DNA of 57,631 nucleotides, counting the filler, from Asterionella formosa (lineage: Eukaryota), in NCBI GenBank assembly GCA_002256025.1. It is 7 parts of 7 records of this genome, joined end to end, with 100 filler letters (N's around TTAATTAATTAA, not from the genome) between each part and the next. Parts side by side here need not be neighbours in the genome. Positions count along the whole stretch, not along the records: positions 16,541 to 24,695 come from NKIB01012315.1; positions 24,796 to 32,948 come from NKIB01012316.1; 5 more parts are not named here. One strand, written 5' to 3'. The position numbers were made by a program, and so were the translations under genes. Below are positions 20,366 through 33,048 of this stretch, piece after piece. The notes beneath the pieces are model-generated. The model was not told the origin of the DNA. It ran no database searches and saw only the letters and a list, made by a program, of their open reading frames with translations. Positions within the stretch are counted from its first letter, which is position 1. Each line of letters opens with the position of its first letter.

Positions 20366-23300
20366 ATGATCTCGTCGTCGCGAGGAGTGAGTCGATCTTC
20401 TGCCCGTCATGCTGTTGCGACCCGATCGTCTGTTGCCTCGTCTCGCCGTCGTGCATCGACCGTCGCGGCATCTCGCTGGGCCCGGGCGTCGAATAGCATA
20501 CTGCTTCAACGAGCATGCTACACAACCGACCAAGTCCTTCAACTCAGATCAGGCAAGGCCAAGGCAGATCAACCCAAGGTGTTGTACGATCCTACCCGTG
20601 AAACGGAAAATTGTGGAGTGGGACTTGTTGCATCTCTGAAGTCCATCCCTAGTCGACGAGTTGTTGACGACGCGGATGAAATGTTGGTCCGTATGAGTCA
20701 TCGCGGCGGTTGTGGATGTGATCCTGCCAGTGGAGATGGAGCTGGTACGTATCATACCCTTCTTTGTGCTGCTGAAGTGCCAGGGTGCTTCGGGCGCTAA
20801 CACACATGCACGCACAAATATAACAATGTACAGGGATGCTCTTTGGTATGCCCGATTCGTTTATGCGGGCCAAGGCCAAGGAGCTGTTCAAGGCCACTCT
20901 TCCACCAGCTGGTCAATATGCCGTGTCAAACGTCTTTTTCCCCCACGGGAACGACAAGGCTCTCAAGGAATGCAAGGCCATTTTGGAACGCCTTTCGAAG
21001 GAACGGGGTCTCAAGGTTCTGGGGTGGAGACCAGTTCCGGTCGACAATTCCATGCTTGGTAAAGATCCATTGGATTCAGAACCTGTCACTGAGCAAGTCT
21101 ACATTACCAATCCTGGAAAGTACACGACACGCCAATTCGAACAAGAACTCATGCGCATTCGGAAAATGACTGAAGACGAAGCCACCGCCAAATATGGGGC
21201 GGAAAGTGGCTTTTACATCAACTCACTTACCGGAGCGACCATCACCTACAAGGGACAACTGACCCCCGAACAGGTATCGCAGTACTACTTGGACCTGAAG
21301 GACCCGACGTTCATCTCCCACTTAGCCTTGGTCCATTCGCGATTTTCGACAAACACTTTTCCTTCCTGGGAACGAGCTCAGCCCATTCGTATGATGTGTC
21401 ACAACGGAGAGATCAACACCCTCCGGGGAAACAAGAACTGGATGTACAGTCGAGGAGGGATCATGGCGTCCGATATTTACGGCGATGACACTGCCCATCT
21501 CCTCCCTGCAACCAGTGACAATATGAGTGACAGTGGAAACTTTGATTCCGTCTTGGAATTATTGACCAAGGCCAGTGACCGAAGTCTTCCAGAATGTATG
21601 ATGATGATGATTCCAGAAGCATGGCAAGACAATGATAATTTGTCGGAAACGAAGAAAGCGTTTTATGAATATAATTCATGTGTCATGGAACCTTGGGACG
21701 GACCTGCCATGGTCGCCTTTTGCGACGGACGGTACATTGGTGCCACCTTGGATCGCAATGGGTTGCGTCCATCCCGTTACTACGTTACCAACGACGATCA
21801 TGTTATGTTATCGTCTGAAATTGGAGTTTGTCCTGAGTTGCCTGATTCGGATGTCAAAATTAAGCACCGCCTTGAACCTGGAAAGATGTTCCTGGTGGAC
21901 TTTGAAACTCAACGCATCGTCCCAGACGATGAAATCAAGGAACAGGTGGCGTCGGAATACCCATATGGCGAGTGGACCAAGAAGGGAATGATTGATTTAG
22001 AAACTTGGGCCAAGGAACATGGTATGCCTCGCAGCAAAATGGACTTTTCTCAAACCAACCGTAAACTCAATATGTTTGGATACAGTAGTGAGAAATTGGA
22101 AATGATCTTACTTCCTATGGGTGTCGGAGGAAAAGAACCTCTGGGAAGCATGGGGAATGATGCAGCCCTTGCTGTCTTATCGGAGAAACCTCGACAAGTC
22201 AACGACTACTTTAAACAACTCTTTGCCCAAGTGACTAACCCTCCCATTGACCCCATTCGTGAGGAAATCGTCATGTCTTTGGTGTGTCCTGTCGGACCAG
22301 AAGGGAACTTATTGTCTGCTCCAAGTCTAGGTCATTGTGAACGTCTTGTCGTGCGCGACCCCGTCTTAAGTCTGGAGGAAATGCGAACTCTCAAGAACTT
22401 GGTTTACAAGGGTCCAGATGGATCCAAGACGTTCAAGACGGCTGTTATTGACATTTCATTCCCTGTCGGAAGTGGACCTGATGGTATGATCCAGGCCCTG
22501 GAACGTGTTTGCGACGAAGCTGCTGAGCTGATCCAAGGAGAGCTGGGACAACCTGGTGTTGAAGCTGTCTGTCTTTCGGATCGCTTGTGTGGCCCAGATC
22601 GAATGGCTCTTCCTTCTTTGGTGGCTGTCGGTGCCGTCCACCAACATTTGCTCAAGACTAAACAACGCCCAAAGGCTGCCATTTTTGCTGAAGTCGGAGA
22701 TGCGAAGGAAGTTCATGACTTTGCCACTCTCTTTGGGTATGGTTGCGATGGTGTTTGTCCCTATGTAGCCTACGAAGCCCTATGTAAAATGAACGCTGAT
22801 GGGTTGGTGGAAGCTGCTGCCAAGCAGGAGTATACCGATGATAAACTCATGCAGAATTACCGTAAGGCCGCTGCGAAGGGTCTGTTGAAGGTCATGTCCA
22901 AGATGGGTATCTCCACGTTGCAGAGTTACAAGGGTGCACAAGTCTTTGAGGCCGTCGGTCTTGCCGATGAAATTGTGGACCGTTGCTTCACTGGTACTAC
23001 CACTCGTATTCAAGGAAGTGGATTCGAAGCGCTGTACCGTGATCTTGAACGTTTTCACGAAGGCGCATTTCCCGATTCGTCCAGTAGTGGCGATGCTCCT
23101 TTGGTTTACAGCGATGGTCAGTTGCATTACCGTGATGGAGGTGAGGCTCATCTCAATACTCCTGCTGGAATGGTCAACTTGCAGATTTCGGCTCGCACCA
23201 ACTCTCGTGAGGCATACAAGGAATTTTCTCGCTTGACTAATGAGCAGAACAAAAAAGTCACTCTTCGCGGTCAACTGAAGTTCAAGTTTGACCCCGCCCG

Positions 23301-24695
23301 TGCGGTTCCTTTGGACGAAGTTGAACCTGCCAGTGCAATTGTCAAACGTTTCGCTACTGGCGCCATGTCTCTTGGATCAATCAGTCGCGAGGCTCACGAG
23401 ACCCTTGCGGTTGCAATGAACAGCATGGGCGCTCGTTCAAATACTGGTGAAGGTGGCGAAGATCCAGCTCGGTTTACTGACAACCGACGATCTGCCATTA
23501 AGCAGGTTGCGTCTGGGCGATTCGGAGTAACCTCTCACTATCTCGCCAACAGTGATCAAATTCAGATCAAGATGGCTCAGGGTGCCAAGCCTGGTGAAGG
23601 TGGTGAGCTTCCTGGTTTCAAAGTTTCGGAGTACATCGCAGAGAACAGACATACCACTCCTGGTGTTGGACTCATCTCCCCTCCACCGCATCACGACATT
23701 TACTCCATTGAGGATCTCGCCCAGCTCATTCACGACTTGAAGAATGCTCAACCAACCGGGGAAGTTTCTGTCAAGCTTGTTTCGGAGGTTGGAGTGGGCG
23801 TTGTTGCTGCCGGTGTTGCAAAGGCTCTTGCTGACCACATCACCATTAGTGGTCATGATGGAGGTACTGGAGCTGCTGCTTGGACTGGGTTGAAGGGTGC
23901 TGGTCTTCCTTGGGAACTGGGTCTTGCTGAAACGCAGCAGACACTTGTCTTAAACGGTCTCCGCGACCGTGTAAAGCTGCAAACCGATGGACAGCTCAAG
24001 ACTGGCCGTGATGTTGCCATTGCCTGTCTTCTGGGAGCTGAGGAATTCGGATTTGCCACTGCTCCTTTGATTGCTCTTGGATGTATCATGATGCGCAAGT
24101 GTCATTTGAACACCTGCCCCGTTGGCATCGCCACACAAGACGAAGAACTTCGAAAGAAGTTCTCTGGTCAGCCAGAGCACGTTGTCAACTATTTCATGTT
24201 CATGGCCGAAGAAATTCGAGAGATTATGGCCACTCTTGGATATCGCACTATGGAAGAAATGATTGGTCAGACCCAGCATCTCGAGGTCAACACCCGTGGC
24301 CAGCACTACAAGAGCCGTGGATTGGACCTTAGCCCACTCTTAACTCCTGCTTCTGAATTGAACCCATCAGCTGGTATTCGCAACTTGAATACCCAATACC
24401 ACGGTCTTGATGTTGCCAAGGATAACTATTTTATTAAGGCTGCAATGCCCGCCCTTGAGAACCAGACGCCTGTTGTCATTGACGAAGTGTGCACAAACAT
24501 CAACCGAACTATGGGAACAATGCTTTCATACGAAGTTTCGAAGAGATACGGCAAGGAAGGGCTTCCTGATGATACCATCAAAATAAATTTGAAGGGACAT
24601 GGAGGTCAGTCCATGGCTTTCACTCTCGCCAAGGGAATTACGATGACTGTGGAGGGAGATGCCAATGATTACACCGGAAAAGGTCTTTCTGGAGG
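20366..24695 (+). CDS. GLT1: Glutamate synthase (GOGAT) large subunit, probably mitochondrial NAD(P)H type; 3' end cut by the scaffold end
   Basis: Exon 1 20366-20744, intron 20745-20833 (GTACGT...ACAG), exon 2 from 20834. Motifs ENCGVG (Ntn Cys), [40 protein letters not shown] and the 3Fe-4[13 protein letters not shown]. Arg/Ser-rich presequence. The GLT1 (NADH-type) label is inferred because the beta-subunit region is not in the window. Confidence 0.93.
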
Positions 24696-24795
24696 NNNNN
24701 NNNNNNNNNNNNNNNNNNNNNNNNNNNNNNNNNNNNNNNTTAATTAATTAANNNNNNNNNNNNNNNNNNNNNNNNNNNNNNNNNNNNNNNNNNNN

Positions 24796-25673
24796 ACCAC
24801 GAATTGATTTAAAAGGACCTTTACCACAGAATTTACATTTGTCCTCGTCGTTATTGTCACACAGATCCATGATATTTACTGTCGTTGCAGTGCTGTGTTG
24901 GCGAGAGAAAAATAAGAATAACCGGTAGCTAAAATAATGGACCTTGTTGTTCGGCACATATTTGGCAAACAATACTACCTGGTACCATCCTCATCAGTAG
25001 ACATAATTCCACCAGTGTTGATTTTGAGTAATAATAATCACGCAAAAAAATTGGGTTGCCTACCACTGGCTAGTAGTACATTTACCTAGTACCGGTAATA
25101 ACCTACATAACATGAAAACTGGGAAGAGGGAGCTTTTTTACCGGTAAGTGTGAGTTCTTCATGTGATGTGTACAACCGTAAAACTTTGATCTCAGATGGA
25201 TGACATTAGACACCACAAATATCCTTACTATTTCATTAAGTAAAATGTGTGTTGTGAATGTATTAGCCTCAAGAGCAGGATCTTAGTTGAACTTTCAAAT
25301 GAATTATTTGAAACATCAACTAATTCAGTCTCGCGTTCAAAATTTATTGTGAAAACTTCACATGAAACAGTTAAAACTTCACATGAAACCGTTAAAAGTA
25401 AACCTTTTTACGTGAAGAGTGGCATTAATGCATGTGAAGTACCACATAATTAACACTCGTACGTACACGAAATTTCGAAAAGTCAAATGAATTATTTGAA
25501 ACATCAACTAATTCAGTCTCGCGTTCAAAATTCATTGTGAAAACTTCACATGGAACCGTTAAAAGTAATCTTTTTTACGTGAAGAGTGGCATTAATGCAT
25601 GTGAAGTACCACATAATTAACACTTATACGTAGACGAAATTTCGAAAAGTGGCGTATTTCGCGGCTTAGATGT
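24796..25673 (-). mobile_element. End of an unclassified repeated element with subterminal tandem repeat and the start of a Zn-finger ORF
   Basis: Terminus ACATCTAAG(C/A)CGCGAAATACGCC is shared with 41058-41185. Tandem units at 25295-25482 and 25483-25650. ORF from 24870, MDLCDNNDEDKCKFCGKGPFKSIRG, runs into the scaffold end. Confidence 0.6.
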
Positions 25674-26967
25674 GAGTGTTGCTGTCTGTTGTTCTGCATA
25701 GGGGAGGTGGGATGGTGAGATCGTCGACATCCACAGGAAAGACGCTTTGAGGCAGGGCACAGGGAGCGGTGCTTGCGAAAGCGCCATGGCGGAGCAAAGA
25801 GGAGTCAGCAGGGGCAGCATAGAAGCGGCTGTAGGCCGAGTACTATTATAATTCAATTGATATTCTTGGGCAGCTAACCTGGAAGGTTTGAAGTTGCGTT
25901 GCTTGTTGAAAAAGTAAATGTATAGTATAAGTATATGATCACGTCAAGTATACTTTTAATAAACACACTATATAATTGCTTATCAAAAGATGATGTACAT
26001 TCTTTCATCATTTATCTATCTATCTTAGTATGATGGTAATTCTCATCGAAATCACTGTTGAAAATACCACTATAATGTAAACCAAACGACTTAAAAAGCC
26101 CAATATCATGATAAAATAAACTTCCAATTATTAAAATGATTACACAACTACCGGTAGTAATACTTCCATGCATTAATTGACCTCTTAATGAATTTAATAT
26201 TGTTCTGCTGAACATTTTTTTAACCCAAGTCCAAAACCGGGGTAATATACAATCTCAAGCAGTTTTTGACTGGTACACTGGATTACATAAGAAATGTGTG
26301 GCATCATGTGGTAGAGAGCAAGCCGATACAATTCTTTTCGATTGGCTGCCGCTATTCATAGTCCTTTCTGAATCAGAATGACTGCATACACACATGTAAT
26401 TATTTGTGCTGGGTCGGTTATACCGGTACATGCATTTGTCCTTGAAGTGCGGATAATTGCACAAAAGGTACCTGGTACCTGGTACCAAACCAAATATAAT
26501 AGGCCTTATGCATTATAGTTCCGTGGCATGTTGCTACCGATAGTACACCCATGCAACGAGGGGTTTATTCAATAATGAATATAAATTGCAAGAATGGCTT
26601 CACCTCCTCATGCTTTTGAGTTCTAGTTGGGCGTAGATCCTACTCCCTCAGACCTGCTGTGTATGCCAAACTCGGAGAAACTGGTAAAGCCTAATAAGAC
26701 GAGCTCCGACTTCGAAGCTATCCTCTGCTCTGTAACTAGACTGTTCTTGAATCGCTCATGAGGATGTTGTCAAAGAGAATCCACTAAACGTAGCAACACC
26801 CCATTCGTCAAACCGTTTATTACTGCTTCTGGACTACCGGTAGGTACGTATCAAAATCAGGAGTAACAACTCTCAATATTCAAAGTTATAGTATTGAGGA
26901 AAACTATTATAGCTTGGGCCGTATCTCCGAAAGTGTCCAACGACAAAAGGAAGATCTCAACAAAAGT

Positions 26968-27648
26968 TTATAAAAACGTAGGCAACAACAAGGACACTGG
27001 GACATCATCAAGAGGGAGGAACTGGTCTGGACGAGGAGAAACATGAGTTGGTTCCAGCGAGTACTCGGACAAAGTTGACTGGCATGGCGTTGACAAAACA
27101 TCATTGGTTGATATTCTTGAAGTAGAACATACCATGGCAAAATGTGATGACAGCCGAAAGTCATCATGCATTGATAACTCAGGAGCAGAATTTGCGAATG
27201 GATTAATAGCACTGTGATTTCGTCTCATGGGTAATTGAAAGGGAAATTGTGGTTCTCGATGAAGCATATAACTCCGAGCCTCACAATGGCTTTCTGTTGG
27301 AGAGGAAGGAGCCGAAATCGTCGTACTCAACCTTTCGGTTTCTAATTCTCTTTGAAGATTGCGAGGGCGAAGTTGAAAGGATGGCCCGCATGGAGTCTTG
27401 TTGCCGCTCACGAGCTCTGCAGGAGTCGCAAGGAAAAACATGTCATCAGTCAGCTCCGGAACGGCAGGAGGAGAATCATTTTGCCTCGCCGTAGGAGAAA
27501 AAGAGCTTGGTGGTGTGACAGGAAATCGATCAACTGGTGAAGCGAAAGCGATTCGATTATTCGACGCCGATGTCAACTTTCGAGGAGCCAAGGATCGTTT
27601 GTGAACGAGAGGCTTCAATGGCGTAATAGAGATGGCAGCAAAGGTCAT
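26968..27648 (-). CDS. Hypothetical Ser/Pro-rich protein (226 aa)
   Basis: ATG-initiated ORF in GC-richer DNA with repeated FQLRPR/FQLPMR motifs; no family recognised. Confidence 0.6.
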   Translation of the reverse strand: MTFAAISITPLKPLVHKRSLAPRKLTSASNNRIAFASPVDRFPVTPPSSFSPTARQNDSPPAVPELTDDMFFLATPAELVSGNKTPCGPSFQLRPRNLQRELETERLSTTISAPSSPTESHCEARSYMLHREPQFPFQLPMRRNHSAINPFANSAPELSMHDDFRLSSHFAMVCSTSRISTNDVLSTPCQSTLSEYSLEPTHVSPRPDQFLPLDDVPVSLLLPTFL

Positions 27649-28289
27649 GATGGATGGATTTTGTGTGTAAGAGTGTCGGTTTAAGAAGTATTCATGTGCT
27701 TTGCAACCTCAGATTTCGTTTTGTGTCAGAGGTGAGAGTCGCCTAAAAAGGATTGACATGATATTTATATCATAAAGAAAATAAGTTAAAATCGTGTGGT
27801 AGATCACAAGGTCGTTTTCTCAAATTATCATTTGTTATCGGAGGGGATATAAGTGATGCTTGGTGAACTACTAATTGGGCCCGTTATGTACACCGTAGAT
27901 TTTAATTACGGTACTTCACGTGCATTTCTGCGACGAGAACCCCACGATCGCAACAAAATATATAAAAACATGGAGGGATATTCTCATTTTGCACTTACGT
28001 GTTCCTTGTTTTTCGTTACTTGTTTTAATGTCTAACAGGTATACATTACAGGTAGTTTGTTTCGCCGGGACACATGGGCTCCAGAATACGATTACGGGGG
28101 ATGATGATACCGGTAAAATCGGATACACAAGTACCGGTAAGCAATAGCTAAATGAATATGTTTAAAAATGTTTAAAAATCATGATCAGTCCCCTTATACA
28201 TAGAGTACCGGTACACAATATTCCGTGTCAGTGTGAGTATTATTCTTGGTACAAAAGTCTACCGGTATTTACCAGTAGCTGTGTTGAGA

Positions 28290-28345
28290 AGCAACCTACC
28301 GGTACCTGGTACCTGGTACCAGGGACACCGGTACCAGGGACCCTG
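28290..28345. repeat. Quasi-palindromic GGTACC tract
   Basis: accggtacctggtacctggtaccagggacaccggtaccagggaccctggtacctggtactggtac, with units switching orientation. Confidence 0.85.
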
Positions 28346-29066
28346 GTACCTGGTACTGGTACTGTCTTGAGTGTCCGATATAACTTCCGGTAACGTGAAT
28401 CCCGACGGGTTTAAATAAGTGGGACAAGGACGGGTATTGGAGGCCAAAAGAGGCAGGACCAGCCAACATCAAGACCAGGACAGAAAAATGAGAACGATTT
28501 TTCCCACACCACGCACCAGAATGAAATGCCAGGCTCATGTTAGCATAAGGAGCTGTAGTCTACCGTACTATCGGTGGATCATTCACATGATACATACCGA
28601 TATACCTGTATGGAGACAATAACACATCATCCGTGCCATAACATGTATAGGCAATTAACATGTCATGCTCATGTGTGAGGTATAGCCCTCAAAATTTCAA
28701 GAGATGCGCGCGAAAAGTAGTCTATGTAGTACAGTCATTAGAGCATCGCCACCGCATCAACCAAATACCAAAGCCAATTGCAGTTGAAAATATCAATATA
28801 CATCACTTGTTCGAGAAATCAACAAACAGGGCCACAATCTGGGGTATTATTTGGTTGATGGAATCTTCCCAAATTAGCATATATTTATCAAGACAATTTC
28901 AGAGCCACAAGGTCCAAAACGGAGTTATTTCTCGAGGCATCAAGAAGGTCCGGTAATGAGCGCTTTATGCACATCCTTTCAGTTTCAACTCACTCCCGAT
29001 GATTCATTGCATGCCTGCCGGGTGAGATAGGCCAGCTTTCGATTTCAAATATTCCTTTTAAGTACT

Positions 29067-29190
29067 GGCAATTTAGGAATGGACTGATGACGATTGGCAA
29101 ATGCAGTCACTGAACACGACTCGGATTCGGCAATTTAGGAATGGACCGATGACAATTGCCAAATGCAGTCACTGAACACGACTCGGATTT
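29067..29190 (+). repeat. 62-bp tandem duplication
   Basis: ggcaatttaggaatggac...tgaacacgactcggatt twice (29067-29128 and 29129-29190). Confidence 0.9.
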
Positions 29191-29300
29191 GCAGAAGATG
29201 ACCACTATGACTTGCTGACTGATACATCAGTTGAGCACACCGTCTTCTTGGAATACAAATAGGAATTCCTCTATACATTTTAGAACTCGCTGAATTTGAC

Positions 29301-29420
29301 TAAAATCTGCTGACTACGACTGGAATCTACTGACTACGAATAGAATCTGCTGACTATGAATAGAATCTGCTGACTACAAATAGAATCTGCTGACTACAAA
29401 TAGAATTTGCTGACAACGAC
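29301..29420 (+). repeat. 20-bp minisatellite, about 6 copies
   Basis: Unit tagaatctgctgacta(c/t)(g/a)aa. Confidence 0.9.
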
Positions 29421-29960
29421 CACTATAAATTGCTGAAATGACCCTTCTGCTTATGAAGTATATGCATAACCTTCTACAACATGCAATTCTGATGCCTTGC
29501 CAGGACTACATATGAACACATGTGTGTACCTGGTACCGGTAAATAATGACTATATACATGATCATAGTCGTTATCATGCCTTGTGATGACGCTGCCAATA
29601 TTTGTGACATATTGGGACATATTACTATGCACCAGTTTATATTCAAACTATATTTTATCTTCTAGAGATCGGCAACTTCGAATGATTGCTTTAATTGGTC
29701 AGTTTCATCTCCCATTGGGGTGTCCTATCGTCTCCAAACTGGAGAATCCGTGTGCAGCAGCTTGTGCGTTCCCAGCACCTGCTGTTGCAGGATGTACTCT
29801 CCTTGCTTCACCTGCTGCTGGTGCAGATGTAGCTGAATCTGCTGCTGCTGCAACAGATATTGCTGGCTTGTTTTTATTCGACTAAATGAAGTATCCAAAA
29901 TGCCTATAAGTGGATGTAGTTATTTGAACATGTATTAGTATTGACAACTTTTGCAAAAAT

Positions 29961-31225
29961 TTACTTGCTCAACTTCATACCTTGAAATGCATTGTCGATA
30001 TCATCTTTGTCAACCTTGCAAAGCTTGAGAAATCGACGCTCACCAGTAATGATGCGAAGCATCCAGTGGGCTGGAAAATAGTTGTGAGCAGTATCAACAC
30101 AATTCTTTCCAATTATGTGGTCCATAGCCCGTCCCTGCTGGGGATATCGCTTTCCTTTGCCAGTGTTTAGGTTGAAGTCGTCATCATTGCCATGCCATTC
30201 CACAAACGGGTTAAGCCCCTGTATCCAACTAAGTTCAAGCTCTTTGGCAGCGAATATTATAGCACACATCACTGCTGGAGTTCCTTCGGCAGCTGTAAAT
30301 CCCAAGACTTTGAAATGCGCATCCTTCATAGTAGCACTTCGTTGTTGTGGTCTTGTCGCTGTTCGTCCAATACATAACACTTTCTCACCCCCCTTCTGTC
30401 CATCTTTTGCTTGACTGGTGTTACTTGCTTCTGACTTCATCAACAAATATGAGTTTGTTGGGATGATTCAAAATGTACTTTGTTTTGCTTCACTCCCAGG
30501 GCTCCTTCCTCATTTGCAACAACATCTCCTGATTTATTCAGCCACACTTCTTCATCCACCCCAGCAGCTTTTCCGCAATACCTAGCCAGCCATCATCTTG
30601 GCCATTTCTTCACACACATTTCTATACATGTGCTCAAAGATCCGTAATGTGCACCAGTCAGCACGCTTCCCATCGAATTTGACACCTTTCTTTGCCTTGA
30701 CATGAAGGCAATTGCGACTCATGGACCTGAATCCCCTCCAGGACCCTGATCCCAGCGGTTTAGACAATGTTGGGCGGATCCTCTCTGAATGAAATGCAAT
30801 GTTTCTGCCTCGCCTCCACAGCACAATATTTTCCATGATGGATTTACCAGACACAAGTGAGTTAGCAAGCAAGTTCCAGTCCCTGCCAACATGTAATTGG
30901 GACTCGCAGCCATTTTGGAGAGTTGGTCACCAATCAGCACAATAAGCAATGTATGGCTCAACTTCGAGCATTGGTGACGTTGAAGCTTCGTTTTTTCCCT
31001 GGGTTTTTGCGTTTTGCCCGAGATCTCGTCACTGTTTCTAGCTATATTTATTTCAACTCCAGGAGGAATACCAAGCGCCTCTTTTCTCCCCCCAATTATG
31101 CAGGCAAGTGTGAATGTACTTGCTTTCTTGTTGTTTTGCTGCAGTTCTTCTCTAACCCTCATGTATTCTGTGGCCGACTGGACAATGCATTCTTCGATTT
31201 TTCTTTGCATCGATGCTGATGCCAT
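29961..31225 (-). pseudogene. Degenerate pogo/DDE_1-like transposase
   Basis: Frameshifted pieces: GVKFDGKRADWCT, IFVDEV (first catalytic D), NTSQAKDGQKGGEK and HFKVLGFTAAEG.PAVMCAIIFAAK (DDE_1-like T.L...A.G..L.P.IIF.GK). Confidence 0.55.
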
Positions 31226-31832
31226 TTGATTGGTGGTTCCCTTCTTTGGCTGGCCTCCAGTAGCTAAGTACTATGGTGGCCATGGGGACAATGACTGCAG
31301 GAACACTAACTGCAGTAGTAGTCATAGTTGTAGAAAATAATTCAATACTATTAATAGCATTGATATTATCATCTACTGTCATGTTGTCATCCTCTTCTCT
31401 GGTCAAAGTAGATGTTCTACTACTTGAAAAGTAAAATGAGCACATATCTGCCTGAGAATCTCCTGATAGTATACCCATGTTGGGGACAGCACTAGTAGCA
31501 CCTGCCTTTCGTAACCAGTAGTCGACTTTTTTTGTCAGCCAAGGTAGCTAAGTATCATACCTTCTGAGCCTTCACCATGTTGGTAATGGCTCTATAGACT
31601 ATGGGAGCTTTCCATTATTGTTCGCCTTGATTGCTTCAAGTTCTGTAACAATGCCAAGCATGTTGCGTTGAATAGTAATGACCTGAGCATAATGAAGTGC
31701 TTCTGTCTCTCAGAATTTACATTTACTTAAGTTTTGAAAGCAAAACGTGTTATTCTGCGTTCAATGGGTCATGGCAGTTTTTTACTGGTAGCTCGTTGTT
31801 GGTACAGGTACCCCTGGTACCAGGTACCATGT

Positions 31833-32948
31833 TGTCAAGAATATAGCATCAATGGCTATAATGAGTCACAAGGACTGTGGACTCGACTATAGTCCAATGA
31901 GTCAAATGGTGCGTTCCCATGTCAAGAAGCTTGCTAACGAGATTGATGTCTTAGATCAATCAGAAGAAGGTTTACATCAACGAAAAGGGAACACGAAGAA
32001 CAGGTTCTCGAAGTGTGATGAATGGGATTGAAACTTAGTTTTAGTTTAATCTTATAATTAAGAAACAGTGAGAATTGACAGAGTAAGGTCAATAGCGAAA
32101 ACTAGCACGAAGGCTAGCAGCAGAAAGAAGATAACAATACTAGTGGTATAGCAGGTAAGTTCTACGTAAGAGGAACCCGTCAGACGGGAAGGAGTACGAG
32201 ACCTTTCAACACGCTTTAAAGCGTTCACTTTAAGGCCACAGGCTACTCAGGAACCATGGGAAGTGACGAAGACACGTCAGTGAGGTTGCCGACATTCGAT
32301 GGGCAAGATGCTAAATGGCACATGTGGAAAGCGAAGTTTCTCGCATACGCGTGCTACAAGAACTTTCAAGGAATACTTAACGGTGACGAACTACCAAGAG
32401 GAGAGAAAGACCTAAAGGGCGATACGATCGTGTTGTCGGATGCTGACGAGAGACGCATCCGAAGGAGCAACACAGTTGCTTACGCAAGTCTGATAATGGC
32501 ATGCCAGAGTGGGCCATTCGGACACGTAAATAATGCAAGAAGTGCCGAGTTTCCTAACGGCAATGCTAAAGAAGCATGGGACAAGCTCATTTCTACGTAT
32601 GAGGCAGGCAACATGGCGAATGTCATTGCCTTGTCCCACCAATGGACGAAGTGCACTCTAGGGGAAAACGAGAACCCCGACAGCTGGTATGTGGAGTTGG
32701 ATCGAATCCGGGAACGATTGGGCAATACGAGCTCCGCCGTTTCGGATGGTGCCTATGTGGCACACATGATCAACAACCTACCTGAAAGCTACAAGAGTTT
32801 GGTAGTAGGAAGGTTCGGCCTGGCGCGCAACACGCTAACGGTCGAAGAGATTAAGACAGACATCCGGGACTACTACGATCTATATGTCCGGGATGACGTC
32901 AAAACGACTAACAAGAACAAGAGTGAACAGGCCTTCTACACGAAAGGG
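31833..32948 (+). mobile_element. Copia family A: 5' LTR (31833-32136), putative PBS and intact gag start; cut by the scaffold end
   Basis: LTR TGTCAAG...GATAACA (304 bp), followed by TGGTATAGCAGG and the gag ORF. Confidence 0.9.
32256..32948 (+). CDS. Copia Gag (UBN2/Retrotran_gag_2-like), partial
   Basis: LPTFDGQDAKWHMWKAKF, NAKEAWDKLISTYE and HMINNLPESYKSLV are typical Copia gag motifs. Confidence 0.85.
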
Positions 32949-33048
32949 NNNNNNNNNNNNNNNNNNNNNNNNNNNNNNNNNNNNNNNNNNNNTTAATTAA
33001 TTAANNNNNNNNNNNNNNNNNNNNNNNNNNNNNNNNNNNNNNNNNNNN

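Noticed and set aside
25617..25856. 79-aa minus-strand ORF in a GC-rich patch
   Set aside because: Short, runs into the repeat terminus, and has no recognisable features.
29080..29120. CTGATGA as a hammerhead ribozyme core
   Set aside because: No GAAA after the putative stem II, and the duplicate copy has CCGATGA.
29301..29420. 20-bp periodic repeat as a CRISPR array
   Set aside because: Head-to-tail units with no unique spacers, no cas genes and a eukaryotic context; it is a minisatellite.
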